Shown here: piece after piece, positions 20,437 to 29,739 of the stretch | Position numbering within the stretch: position 1 is the stretch's first letter | How the letters are laid out: the number at the start of each line of letters is the position of its first letter | Assembly: GCA_045597865.1 (NCBI GenBank) | Contig: JAZLKX010000018.1 | Coordinates: 1-62,309 of the forward strand | Direction: 5' to 3' | Length of the DNA stretch: 62,309 bases | From: Bacilli bacterium | GTDB taxonomy: Bacteria; Bacillota_I; Bacilli_A; RFN20; CAG-826 | The notes under the pieces: generated by a model | What the model saw: the letters and a program-made list of their open reading frames with translations, nothing else | Told to the model about the DNA's origin: nothing | The model's database searches: none | Made by a program: the position numbers and the translations under genes

Positions 20437-21393
20437 CTATTTAATTTTCTCTAATAATTTTGATTCATTTATCGGCAAACTTGATTCAAAAATCTTGCCA
20501 CTTAAGTATTCTAACTTACCTTTAAGATTTCCAAATGTAAGTTTGTATGCATGTAAGAATTGATTTTCAAATTTATATAAATCTCTAAATTCTTTATTAA
20601 CTTTAAAGTCTCCGTATTTGGCGTCCCCTACTACTGGAAAACCAATCGAAGCAAGGTGAACTCTTATTTGATGAGTTCTTCCTGTGAAGATTTGAACGTT
20701 CACTAAAGTGTAATCACCATAATATTTCACTGGTTTTACCTTCGTTAAGGCACTTTTGCCGTCTCTAGCAACTTTTACTAGTCCTGTGTTCATATCCTTC
20801 TTTAATGGGGCATCAATTGTTCTTTCGCCTTCTAGGTGTCCAACCACTAAAGCTAAGTATTCCTTTTTGATATCTTCCTTTTCTTTGAAAAGAAGTTCTA
20901 ATTCTTGAAGCGAAACAAGGTTCTTTGCGAACACCACTAAACCAGATGTATTTCGATCAAGTCTATGCGCTGGTGCCGGAGCAAAACCTTTATCACTCTT
21001 TGGATCATATTCACCTTTGAAATAAAGGTAGTTAATAACTTCATTTGATAAAGTTACTCTCTTTTCTCCTTCATCTCCATGGACTAAAAGTCCTCTAGGT
21101 TTATTCACCACTAAAATATTGTCATCTTCAAAAACGATTGGATGATTAAGATTAACTTTTTCGATTTCTTTTGGCTTGTTAAATTCTTCTACTTGGGAAT
21201 CTGTGACAAAGATGGTTAATTCTTCACCTTCTTTAAGAATGTAAGACTCTTTAACCCAATGTCCGTTAATCTTAACATCTTTCTTTCTAAAAAGTTTGTA
21301 TATAAAAGAAAGAGGAGCAAGGTTAAGATATTTCTTAACATACTTATCTACTCTTTGATTTGCTTCTTTAGAAGAAATAACAATCTTTTTCAT
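20437..21393 (-). CDS. RluA-family pseudouridine synthase with S4 domain
   Basis: QRVDKYV, NKPRGL, HRLDRNTSGL, TGRTHQIRVHL, GDAKYG. Confidence 0.93.
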   Translation of the reverse strand: MKKIVISSKEANQRVDKYVKKYLNLAPLSFIYKLFRKKDVKINGHWVKESYILKEGEELTIFVTDSQVEEFNKPKEIEKVNLNHPIVFEDDNILVVNKPRGLLVHGDEGEKRVTLSNEVINYLYFKGEYDPKSDKGFAPAPAHRLDRNTSGLVVFAKNLVSLQELELLFKEKEDIKKEYLALVVGHLEGERTIDAPLKKDMNTGLVKVARDGKSALTKVKPVKYYGDYTLVNVQIFTGRTHQIRVHLASIGFPVVGDAKYGDFKVNKEFRDLYKFENQFLHAYKLTFGNLKGKLEYLSGKIFESSLPINESKLLEKIK

Positions 21394-21443
21394 AAAATCA
21401 ATTATACTTTTAATTTCGAATAATGTATAATACATTTCGCACT

Positions 21444-21534
21444 GGAGAATTACCCAAGAGGCTGAAGGGGCGGGCTTGGAAAGCTCGTAGGTTCCGAAAG
21501 GGGCGCTAGGGTTCAAATCCCTAATTCTCCGCCA
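21444..21534 (+). tRNA. tRNA-Ser(GGA)
   Basis: GGAGAAT/ATTCTCC acceptor, CGGGC-TTGGAAA-GCTCG, long variable arm, CCA. Confidence 0.95.
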
Positions 21535-21613
21535 TTACATATAACATCTCTTAGAGATGTTTTTTATTTTTTTAAAAGCCTCCCGGGTTAGGAGGCTAAT
21601 TTTGGCTTATTAA

Positions 21614-22996
21614 TTACCAAGCAAGTGAAGCTCTGAATGCAGCTTCGCTATCTAATACAGTTGTGGAATCTAATCCAACATTGCAATAGATACTGTTTTC
21701 TTCAAAGATTCTAACTTGAATTGTTTTGGTCATACAGTCAACAACTTCACAGAATGTTGTTTCCCAGAACTGATTAGCGTTTTGTTTATCTTCTCTAGTT
21801 GGGAATTGTTGATAAACAGATAATGCATAGTAATTGAAATAAAACTTAATGTAGGCTTGAAGAACTGGATCTGGATCAAATAGAATGCCATAAGTCAAAC
21901 CAGGACCTTCTCCAACGTTTTCGGTACGTGGATCAAAATGTTCATTCATACATAAATCATATGCTTCATAGAACCAGTGATATGAAATTTTGTCCATAAG
22001 ATTAAACATATCTACTTTATTTTCAACATCACCAATATTTTCTTGGATAGTTCTGAATCTACCTTCACCTGATTTAGTGTCTTCAAGTGTCCAAGCATAT
22101 TTATTTAAGTAGAAATTTGTTTGTGCTAAACCATTGATAGGAATGTCTTGAGCTGCACCAGCAGGACCCCAAGTTAAGTATTCATCGATTTTACCTAAAT
22201 CTTCTTTATTATCATCAAACCAGCTAACACGTTTTGCAGATGTAATATTAAATGCTTCACTTAAACCGATTTCGTTAAATTCGACTAATGAGGCAGCACC
22301 TGTAGCATCTGAAATAAGGAAACAATAGTTCCAGTATCCATATTTAGAATAGATATCAAGTGTTTTAACGTATTCTTTGGCTTCTGCTACAGTTGTACAA
22401 TTTTCACCAATATAACGTGGAAGCTCAAACATATGAATACGTCTTTTACCTTTAAAGTTTTTAGGATCAGAGTGTTCCATTGAAAACATATCATCACCAT
22501 TTGGATAATGTTCGCCATGTCTCATATTAACTTCAATATGAAGACCAGTATCATTTAATACATCGTCACACATAAATGGTAGGATCTTGTAGAAGTGTTC
22601 TGAAATACCATCTTTTTCAACATCAACATAATCTGGAGAATAATCTCTGAATGTGTAGGCTAGTCCGACAGTCTTGTGTCCACCTTCAACATTTGTGCGG
22701 ACAACGTATGCGCACTTATTTGAAATGTTAAGGTCCATATTACGACCAACAACACGATGTGGATTACCATCTTCATCATATAAGAGTTTTGTAACTGCGC
22801 TACAACCACCACCCCAGTTATCATTATTGTCAGCCCAGAACTTATCGGCATAATCCCAATCAAGTTCTTTGTAGGTGTCAACTTCATAAACATATGGTGC
22901 TATTGCGTGTAATTCCTTTTTGATATTGCCACAGCTAGAAAGCCCTGCTGTAGCACCAAGCACTAAAATTGAAGTAATTAATTTTGTTCTTTTCAT
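21614..22996 (-). CDS. Lipoprotein Ntn-hydrolase (choloylglycine hydrolase/acid ceramidase-like)
   Basis: Lipobox LSSC; GGGCSA putative catalytic Cys, GRNMD, LNDTGL, QTNF; GGAGG RBS before 22996. Confidence 0.75.
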   Translation of the reverse strand: MKRTKLITSILVLGATAGLSSCGNIKKELHAIAPYVYEVDTYKELDWDYADKFWADNNDNWGGGCSAVTKLLYDEDGNPHRVVGRNMDLNISNKCAYVVRTNVEGGHKTVGLAYTFRDYSPDYVDVEKDGISEHFYKILPFMCDDVLNDTGLHIEVNMRHGEHYPNGDDMFSMEHSDPKNFKGKRRIHMFELPRYIGENCTTVAEAKEYVKTLDIYSKYGYWNYCFLISDATGAASLVEFNEIGLSEAFNITSAKRVSWFDDNKEDLGKIDEYLTWGPAGAAQDIPINGLAQTNFYLNKYAWTLEDTKSGEGRFRTIQENIGDVENKVDMFNLMDKISYHWFYEAYDLCMNEHFDPRTENVGEGPGLTYGILFDPDPVLQAYIKFYFNYYALSVYQQFPTREDKQNANQFWETTFCEVVDCMTKTIQVRIFEENSIYCNVGLDSTTVLDSEAAFRASLAW

Positions 22997-23112
22997 AAAA
23001 ATCATACCTCCACATTTATATTTAACCATATATTTGTGATTAATAAAAACACAAATGTATGATTTAGTTTTCAAAATAGATAACAAAATCGTATCTTGAA
23101 AACTCTCAACAA

Positions 23113-23146
23113 AAAAACGCAACCATAGGATTATAGCTGCGTTTTA
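23113..23146 (-). terminator. Intrinsic terminator ending the 8-gene operon
   Basis: Minus strand AAAACGCAGC...GTTGCGTTTTTTT downstream of 23168. Confidence 0.6.
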
Positions 23147-23167
23147 GTTTGTTTTAAGTTCTACTAA

Positions 23168-24799
23168 TTAGCGAACAACGTGTTGCATTATATAGTATTC
23201 GTATGAACCTGTTGAATTATTGTAAGCAGAGAATGTGCTATAGCATGTATTGCTTGCAGAAATTACGAATGAACCTCTGTTAGTAAATGAATTATGTGAA
23301 TCTAAGCTTAATCTTGTTGTTCCTTTATTTGCATCTTGAATAACAATCTTGCCATCACTGTATGTGAAGACTAATTCACCAGTTGGTAAAGTAGAAAGTG
23401 CTGATAAGTTTGCCATTTCTTCTGCATAATAACGGCTTGGGCTTGTGACAGAGAAATTAATTAAATATGTCTTGCCGTCTTTCTTGCCATATGCAATGTT
23501 TGAAGATGTAATAGCATTAATTGAAGAATATTCAAATGGAACAATGACTTTTCCATCAATTGAGAATAAACCATACTTGCTGTTTTGCATTCCAACAAAT
23601 ACGTTTGCATTTGCATTGAAGCTTCTTCCAATTGATGAGAAGTCATTCAATAATTCAAGCTTCATTGAGTAAACTTTGCAGTTTTGTCCATCAACAATAA
23701 CATCGTTACCCATTGTGTCTTTAGCAACAATTGGATTATTAAGATTTGTAACATCATCATGCAAATTTAAATCTGCATCTACAATAAACATTCTGTAAAG
23801 ATTTTGATTGACAACCTTCTTGTCGGTTAATTCGTAAGCTTGAATTCCACCATAGGTGTAGAAATTACTTGCATCTTTAACAAGTTGGATGTAGCGGAAA
23901 TTTCCATAATAAGGAACTTCAATTTCTTTAGAAGCTCCGTTTGTGTAATCGATTCTTGTCATTGTGTAATCGTATTTATATCCGCCTCTTGAAATATCAA
24001 AATCTTTTGCATCTTCAGGTAATTCAATTTCGCTGTAGAAGAAGAAATACTTGCCAATTGTGAATGTTGGTTGTGCAAGTGGCATAATAAATTCAGAAAC
24101 AGTTCTGCCGTTGTATTCGACTTTTGCGTTGAAATCATGGAATGATGCTTTATATCCAGCATAACCAAAATCATCTAATTTGATTGCTGAACCATCATCT
24201 GTAATTTGATCACCGACATGGTATGTGTTATCAACAATATGTGAACCTTCAGCAGTGTAAGTTATATTGATAGATTGACCAGATGCATAAATTTCAAATT
24301 GAATAGAGGTATCAGAGTATGATCGTTCATATACACTGAATGAAGAATTTGAACTAAAAACTTCTTTTCCAAACATATCGTAGAAAACGAATCTGTAAGA
24401 AGTATTATTGTTAATGTATTCTTGAACAAGAACAAATTCGCCAAAATTAGAATAATTAATATTGTTGCTAAATGAAGTGTAATAAAGTCTATTAGAGCTT
24501 AAGGTGTTGTTAGCTGCAAAATATAAATAGGAATATCCATTATTATTATCTCTTAAAATATAGAACATTCCATAGTTTGAAGAAGAATACACAGTGTAAT
24601 CATTTAAATAGCTGTCAGCAACTCTCTTGAGTGAGGTGTATTCATAAGTTGATGAGGATGATGATGCATTATTTAAAATCATCTCTCTAGAAATAACGCT
24701 TTCCTTTTGTAATTTTAAAAGAGGATTTGCGTTTGTTTTTCCACATGAAGCAAGCGAAGCTGCTACAAGAGGAATAAATAAAAGTGCAGTTTTTTTCAT
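23168..24799 (-). CDS. Lipoprotein with WG-repeat-like segment
   Basis: Lipobox LASC; KYGLFSIDGKVIVPFEYSSI; Tyr/Ser-rich beta-type sequence. Confidence 0.6.
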   Translation of the reverse strand: MKKTALLFIPLVAASLASCGKTNANPLLKLQKESVISREMILNNASSSSSTYEYTSLKRVADSYLNDYTVYSSSNYGMFYILRDNNNGYSYLYFAANNTLSSNRLYYTSFSNNINYSNFGEFVLVQEYINNNTSYRFVFYDMFGKEVFSSNSSFSVYERSYSDTSIQFEIYASGQSINITYTAEGSHIVDNTYHVGDQITDDGSAIKLDDFGYAGYKASFHDFNAKVEYNGRTVSEFIMPLAQPTFTIGKYFFFYSEIELPEDAKDFDISRGGYKYDYTMTRIDYTNGASKEIEVPYYGNFRYIQLVKDASNFYTYGGIQAYELTDKKVVNQNLYRMFIVDADLNLHDDVTNLNNPIVAKDTMGNDVIVDGQNCKVYSMKLELLNDFSSIGRSFNANANVFVGMQNSKYGLFSIDGKVIVPFEYSSINAITSSNIAYGKKDGKTYLINFSVTSPSRYYAEEMANLSALSTLPTGELVFTYSDGKIVIQDANKGTTRLSLDSHNSFTNRGSFVISASNTCYSTFSAYNNSTGSYEYYIMQHVVR

Positions 24800-24817
24800 T
24801 TTTTTAATTTCCTTTCA

Positions 24818-26389
24818 TTAAATTTTTGTTAATTGATGAATGTATTCAACACATTTAGGCATAGAGTCTTGTCCAAATGTTTCATCAAGTTCTTGAATTA
24901 ACTCTTCTGAACGAAGTTTAATTACAACAGGGTTCTTTGATTCTAACTTACGGAGAATCTTTTTGCAAATCAAATCATCAACAGCATCACTTTCTTTACC
25001 ACCGCATGCGACATAGATTGAAACGTATTTTCTTAATTGTCTTAAGATACGGTTTCCAAATGTAATATGGAAGGTTTTGATCATGTATTGATCAAATGAT
25101 TTGATGTTTTCATACATACCAGGGGATAACGGATTATCTACAAGTGCTGTAGAAATCATACTTTCAAAATTATCCATTGATAATTTAATTGAAGATTGAG
25201 AGATACCACTTACCTCTTTTTCAGCTTTCTTATCAAGGTTAAGTACCATTGCTCTATCATAAACCTTGTCAGAAATGGAGAATGTTGAGTCATCGTTATT
25301 AGCAGTTCCAATAAACCAAACGTTATTAGGAAGCTCAATCTTACCCCTTTTCATCTTCTTAGGATCACCGAATGCTCCAGTTGAAGAAACAACTAATTGT
25401 CTTTCTTGACCATAAGGGAGTTCAAGTAATGATAAGAATTCAGAGAAATAATACTCTACACGGGCAATATTCATTTCATCTAATACGATAATGTGTAGCG
25501 TATTATCGAAATTAGCCTCATAGAGAACCTTTAAAATGGTTGTCTCGTTGAACTTACCAGTGAATTCATTATAGTAACCTAATAGATCGCTTTTTTCTTT
25601 CCACATGGATTGGATTGGAACAACTGTTGATTCAACTCCAATAAATTTACCAAAGGCTAAGGCTAAGGATGTTTTACCTGTACCAGATAAGCCTTGTAAG
25701 ATAAGAAGTTTTGAAACACCTAGGGATGCAATAAATGCTCTAATGTTTTCAATTGAATAATATAAGCCTAATTCGTTAGCGAGATACTCTTTAAAGTTAT
25801 CGCATAAATTTGAAAGAGTTAAACCGTTTGTGGTATTAATTTTTTCAAAGTCAGAATGCTTAGCATCGAAGTCGAGAAGTTCAGGAAATCTAGACATGAT
25901 TTTAACTTCATCAAGTTTGGCCTCATTTCTAATAAATTCTTGATATGATGGAATGCTTCCTGATGTTGCAGCGTTAACAATAGCGACCACTACAAGGTTT
26001 AAAATAAGAATTCCAACCAAGACAAAGAAGATAATTGTTAATGCCCCACCATCAAAATAGAATCTTTGATACTTTGAACCTAAAAATAGAATTAAGATTA
26101 CAATCAAAAATGCTACTGCAATAAATGAAGCAATAAACGAAACCAATTCAAGTTTTGAAACAGGTGTTGAGAAGAAATGACGTCTTTGTTCAAATGTTTG
26201 TTGATCTTTGCTACCAAATTGATCCTTATCAGCTTTAACCTTTCTAACTTTTTCAGGTTTTTCAACTGGTGGAATCTCTTTAGCTTCATCTTTACTACTT
26301 GAATTACGGAAAAGTCTTCTTAAATTTCCATCTGAATCATACTTAAGAATAAGCTGGAATCGTTTAAACATGAATTTTAATTTATTCAT
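24818..26389 (-). CDS. Membrane-anchored McrB-like AAA+ GTPase (2 TM)
   Basis: Two TM helices; GLSGTGKTS, LDEMNIARVEYYFS, GTANNDD (NxxD), KVYDRA. Confidence 0.75.
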   Translation of the reverse strand: MNKLKFMFKRFQLILKYDSDGNLRRLFRNSSSKDEAKEIPPVEKPEKVRKVKADKDQFGSKDQQTFEQRRHFFSTPVSKLELVSFIASFIAVAFLIVILILFLGSKYQRFYFDGGALTIIFFVLVGILILNLVVVAIVNAATSGSIPSYQEFIRNEAKLDEVKIMSRFPELLDFDAKHSDFEKINTTNGLTLSNLCDNFKEYLANELGLYYSIENIRAFIASLGVSKLLILQGLSGTGKTSLALAFGKFIGVESTVVPIQSMWKEKSDLLGYYNEFTGKFNETTILKVLYEANFDNTLHIIVLDEMNIARVEYYFSEFLSLLELPYGQERQLVVSSTGAFGDPKKMKRGKIELPNNVWFIGTANNDDSTFSISDKVYDRAMVLNLDKKAEKEVSGISQSSIKLSMDNFESMISTALVDNPLSPGMYENIKSFDQYMIKTFHITFGNRILRQLRKYVSIYVACGGKESDAVDDLICKKILRKLESKNPVVIKLRSEELIQELDETFGQDSMPKCVEYIHQLTKI

Positions 26390-28433
26390 CTAAGCCTCCT
26401 TCCTCGTTATTTTCGTTTTTAGTAGGCTCCTCTAAAGCTTCTTCAGCTTCAGATTGAACCTCGTTATTTTCTTCACTAGTAGGCACTTCTTCGCTATTAA
26501 TAGCTTCAGATTGAGCCTCGGAAGTTTCGCTTGAAGAGGCTTCTTCTTCAACGTTAGTGGCCTCAGGTTCTTCAGGAACTTCATCTTCCTTTGTGTTTTC
26601 TGGGGTTAACACTACATCCTCTTCTTTAAGCATTTTATATTCAGGGTTAGTAATTTCTTCCATACCCTCAATAACTTTATTAACGCTTTCTTGTTCTTCT
26701 TTTGTCTTCACAAGAGCTTCTGCTTCTTTTGAATCGACGTATTCATTTTCTTTAACAATTTCTTCTACATCTTCAGAAGCTTTTCTTTTAAAGTAAGAAT
26801 TACGAATTTCGCGTTTAGCCTCTACCCATGACGCTTTATATAGCTTATCAAAGGCTTCTTTTTCCTTTTCTAATTGAAGGAATCTATCCTTTGATTTGAA
26901 CTCACTTGGAAGAGGTGGGTTTCTATCTTGAGTTCTAATAGCAGTTAATTCTGCTTCTTTTAGGGTAATAGCATCTTCATATGATTTATGAATTTGCTCA
27001 ATTTCTACTGTAGCAGCTTCTTTAATAGCGGCTACTTCGTTTTGACAATTGCTCACTATACCCTTAAGTTCAAAGATGTATGCTTGCTTTGTAGAAACCT
27101 TATTTTCAAGATTTGCAATTCTTGCATCATAATCGTTAATCATTTGAGCTTTTTCAGCTTCAAATTGAGCACGCATTTGATTTAATTCTTCTTCATGTGC
27201 AAATCTTAGTTCGCTCATTCTTTCTTCAGCATCACGCTTTAAATCATCTATTTCTTCTTGATGCTTTTGATTTAATTCAGCAATTTCTTGTTCATGTTTT
27301 TCGACAATGTTTGTTATTTCTGCTTTGAGTTCTTCAACTCTTTCAGTGAGAACTTTATAGCCGTTTTCCAATAAGTAAAGATATTCTTTGATGTTGCTAT
27401 TCTTTTCTAAAGCGTTCTTCATCATTTCATCAAGACGCTTTAACATCTCATCTTCTTGTTCTTTTTTACGGCGTTTCTCTTCTTCTAAATAGTTGACTCT
27501 AAGCTTTTCTTCAAGGTGGTTATTGTATTCATAGCCAAGGAATGAAGATAACTCAATGATGTCTACAAATGCATCATTTTGTTCTTGATTAAGGGGACAA
27601 ATCATCTCTTCGCTCTCAATGATTTCGTATCCTGGCTTATCATATGCGCAGGCATAATCATAAACAGCGAGCATTTCCTTGAAGTTAATATTCATCTTAA
27701 GGACATTTGTTTTTGTAATAGGTCTGGTGACCATTGGTGCTTTTGCAACTTCCAACATAAGTGGAGTTTTAAGAAGAACCATAATGTCATTAAGCATTAA
27801 TTTAATTCTTTCAACGAGTTTAGCGATCTTTGAATTTGCCATTGCAATAGGATCGTTTAAACGTTTTTCGTTGAGTTCTAATGTGAAGTCAACAGTACGA
27901 TTGACAAGAACAACGTTTTTGCGAACAAAAACTTTGCCTTCATACTTATTTACTGTTTCTTCAATTTTATCTAACTTAGTCGCAATAAAATCTCTAAGGA
28001 AAGATAAGCACGCGTATAAAACACGGTTTTCATAAATCTTGTAATCAATTTCCCTAGAAATCATAAGGAGTTTCTCTGGAAGAACATTTTCTTGTTCAGC
28101 GTCTGGAAGCTTAGTGATGTAATCACTATGCTTTGCTAAATCAGAAATCGATTCCTTAGAAACTCTTCTAATTTTTTCGATTGGTAAAACTTCGCCTTCA
28201 TTACGAATGAATTGGCGATCTTCCTTAATACATTTCTCTAGATACACTACTTTTGATTCAATTTCGTTAATCCAGTCTTCATCAATCTTACATTCGACTT
28301 TGATTTTAGAAATGTAGTTAGGATCCTTTTTTAAAGGTTGGGAGGCTTTCTTAAAGAGGTGATCTTCACGATTACCCTCAAGATTAGCCTTGTAATCCTT
28401 AAACGCTCTATAAAAATAATCTAATTGTTCCAT
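26382..28433 (-). CDS. DUF2357-domain protein with long coiled coil and acidic tail
   Basis: DYKIYENR motif typical of DUF2357/McrC-N; E/K/Q heptad region approx aa 310-560; E-rich low-complexity C-terminus; no PD-(D/E)XK seen. Confidence 0.65.
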   Translation of the reverse strand: MEQLDYFYRAFKDYKANLEGNREDHLFKKASQPLKKDPNYISKIKVECKIDEDWINEIESKVVYLEKCIKEDRQFIRNEGEVLPIEKIRRVSKESISDLAKHSDYITKLPDAEQENVLPEKLLMISREIDYKIYENRVLYACLSFLRDFIATKLDKIEETVNKYEGKVFVRKNVVLVNRTVDFTLELNEKRLNDPIAMANSKIAKLVERIKLMLNDIMVLLKTPLMLEVAKAPMVTRPITKTNVLKMNINFKEMLAVYDYACAYDKPGYEIIESEEMICPLNQEQNDAFVDIIELSSFLGYEYNNHLEEKLRVNYLEEEKRRKKEQEDEMLKRLDEMMKNALEKNSNIKEYLYLLENGYKVLTERVEELKAEITNIVEKHEQEIAELNQKHQEEIDDLKRDAEERMSELRFAHEEELNQMRAQFEAEKAQMINDYDARIANLENKVSTKQAYIFELKGIVSNCQNEVAAIKEAATVEIEQIHKSYEDAITLKEAELTAIRTQDRNPPLPSEFKSKDRFLQLEKEKEAFDKLYKASWVEAKREIRNSYFKRKASEDVEEIVKENEYVDSKEAEALVKTKEEQESVNKVIEGMEEITNPEYKMLKEEDVVLTPENTKEDEVPEEPEATNVEEEASSSETSEAQSEAINSEEVPTSEENNEVQSEAEEALEEPTKNENNEEGGLDE

Positions 28434-28438
28434 ATACG

Positions 28439-29710
28439 TTATGCGTTATTTGCGAATTGACGGACAACCTCTATACAATTAACCATTTCATCTTGGCCAA
28501 AGATTTCATCAAACTTAGCAATTAAATCTTCAGCTTTGGATTTAATGTAAACTGGGTTTTGGGTTTCAAGCTTTCTTAAAATCTTCTTAGCAATGATGTC
28601 ATCAACAGCTTCAAGCTCTTGTCCACCACAGCCCATGTAAATTGGAACGTATTTTTCGATTTGCATCATAATACGGTTACCAAATGTAACATGGAAGGTT
28701 GAAAGAAGGTATGCGTCCAATTCTTCAATCCTTTTCTTTGTTTGCTCAGATAAGTGATAATTTTGTAAGGCTGATTCACATAGAGCATTGAAACAGTCTT
28801 TTGAAATATGAATAGAGTTACAATCTCCAACAGGAACGAATTGTTCTGCTCTATTATCAAAGTTCATAATCATAGCACGGTCATAAACCTTATCTGAGAT
28901 AGCGAATGTAGAGTCATCGTTATTTGCAGTGCCAATAAACCAAACGTTATTAGTAAGAGCAATCTTACCATGGTGCATCTTTCTTGGGTCACCATTAGCG
29001 CCTGCAGCAGCAACGACTAAATTTCTTGTACTTGATGGAGGAAGTTCAAGTAAAGAAAGGAATTCTGAGAAATAATATTCAACTCTAGCAATATTAAGTT
29101 CATCAAGAACAATAACGAACATCTTGTTAGAGAAAGCAGCTTCATAAAGCTTTTCAAGAATCATTGTTTCGTTAAACTTACCAGTAAATTCGTTATAGTA
29201 GCCTAGTAAATCGCTTCTTTCCTTCCACATTGGTTGAACAGGAACGACTGTGGAACTAACGTTAATGAACTTACCAAAAGCAACGGCAATGGATGTTTTA
29301 CCAGTACCAGACATACCTTGTAAAATCATGGTTTTAGAAACACCAAGTGAGGCGATGAACTTTCTAATATCAATAATGTTGTAATAAAGACCAAGGTCAT
29401 GGGCCATGTAGTTTCTAAAAGTATCGCAAAGGGATGCTAGTGTTAAATTATCTGTACTCTTTTCTTCAGTCCAATCTGGATTGTTTCTGTCAAATTCAAG
29501 TAATTCTGGGAATCTTGACATTTTCTTTTTACGGTCTTTTTCTGCTTGATCCGTATTGTATTGACGTTTAAATTCTTGTTTTTTCTTAACGTCTAAAATC
29601 GTTGAGATTGTAATAACAAGAATAAGCAATGCCACTATAACGACATAAACGGCAATAGCGGTATTGGATGTAAAGAAATTATTTGAGTCAAATGTTCTTA
29701 ATGAATTCAT
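28439..29710 (-). CDS. Membrane-anchored McrB-like AAA+ GTPase (1 TM)
   Basis: One TM; GMSGTGKTS, LDELNIARVEYYFS, GTANNDD, KVYDRA; close paralog of 24818..26389. Confidence 0.75.
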   Translation of the reverse strand: MNSLRTFDSNNFFTSNTAIAVYVVIVALLILVITISTILDVKKKQEFKRQYNTDQAEKDRKKKMSRFPELLEFDRNNPDWTEEKSTDNLTLASLCDTFRNYMAHDLGLYYNIIDIRKFIASLGVSKTMILQGMSGTGKTSIAVAFGKFINVSSTVVPVQPMWKERSDLLGYYNEFTGKFNETMILEKLYEAAFSNKMFVIVLDELNIARVEYYFSEFLSLLELPPSSTRNLVVAAAGANGDPRKMHHGKIALTNNVWFIGTANNDDSTFAISDKVYDRAMIMNFDNRAEQFVPVGDCNSIHISKDCFNALCESALQNYHLSEQTKKRIEELDAYLLSTFHVTFGNRIMMQIEKYVPIYMGCGGQELEAVDDIIAKKILRKLETQNPVYIKSKAEDLIAKFDEIFGQDEMVNCIEVVRQFANNA

Positions 29711-29739
29711 AATGTTTTCCTCCTTTTTGACTAGTTTCT

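Noticed and set aside
24818-29710. Canonical McrBC restriction system or MoxR chaperone
   Set aside because: No DNA-binding N-domain or PD-(D/E)XK nuclease visible; motifs (NxxD, DExNxARVEYY) are McrB-type rather than MoxR-type, and there is no vWA/DUF58 partner
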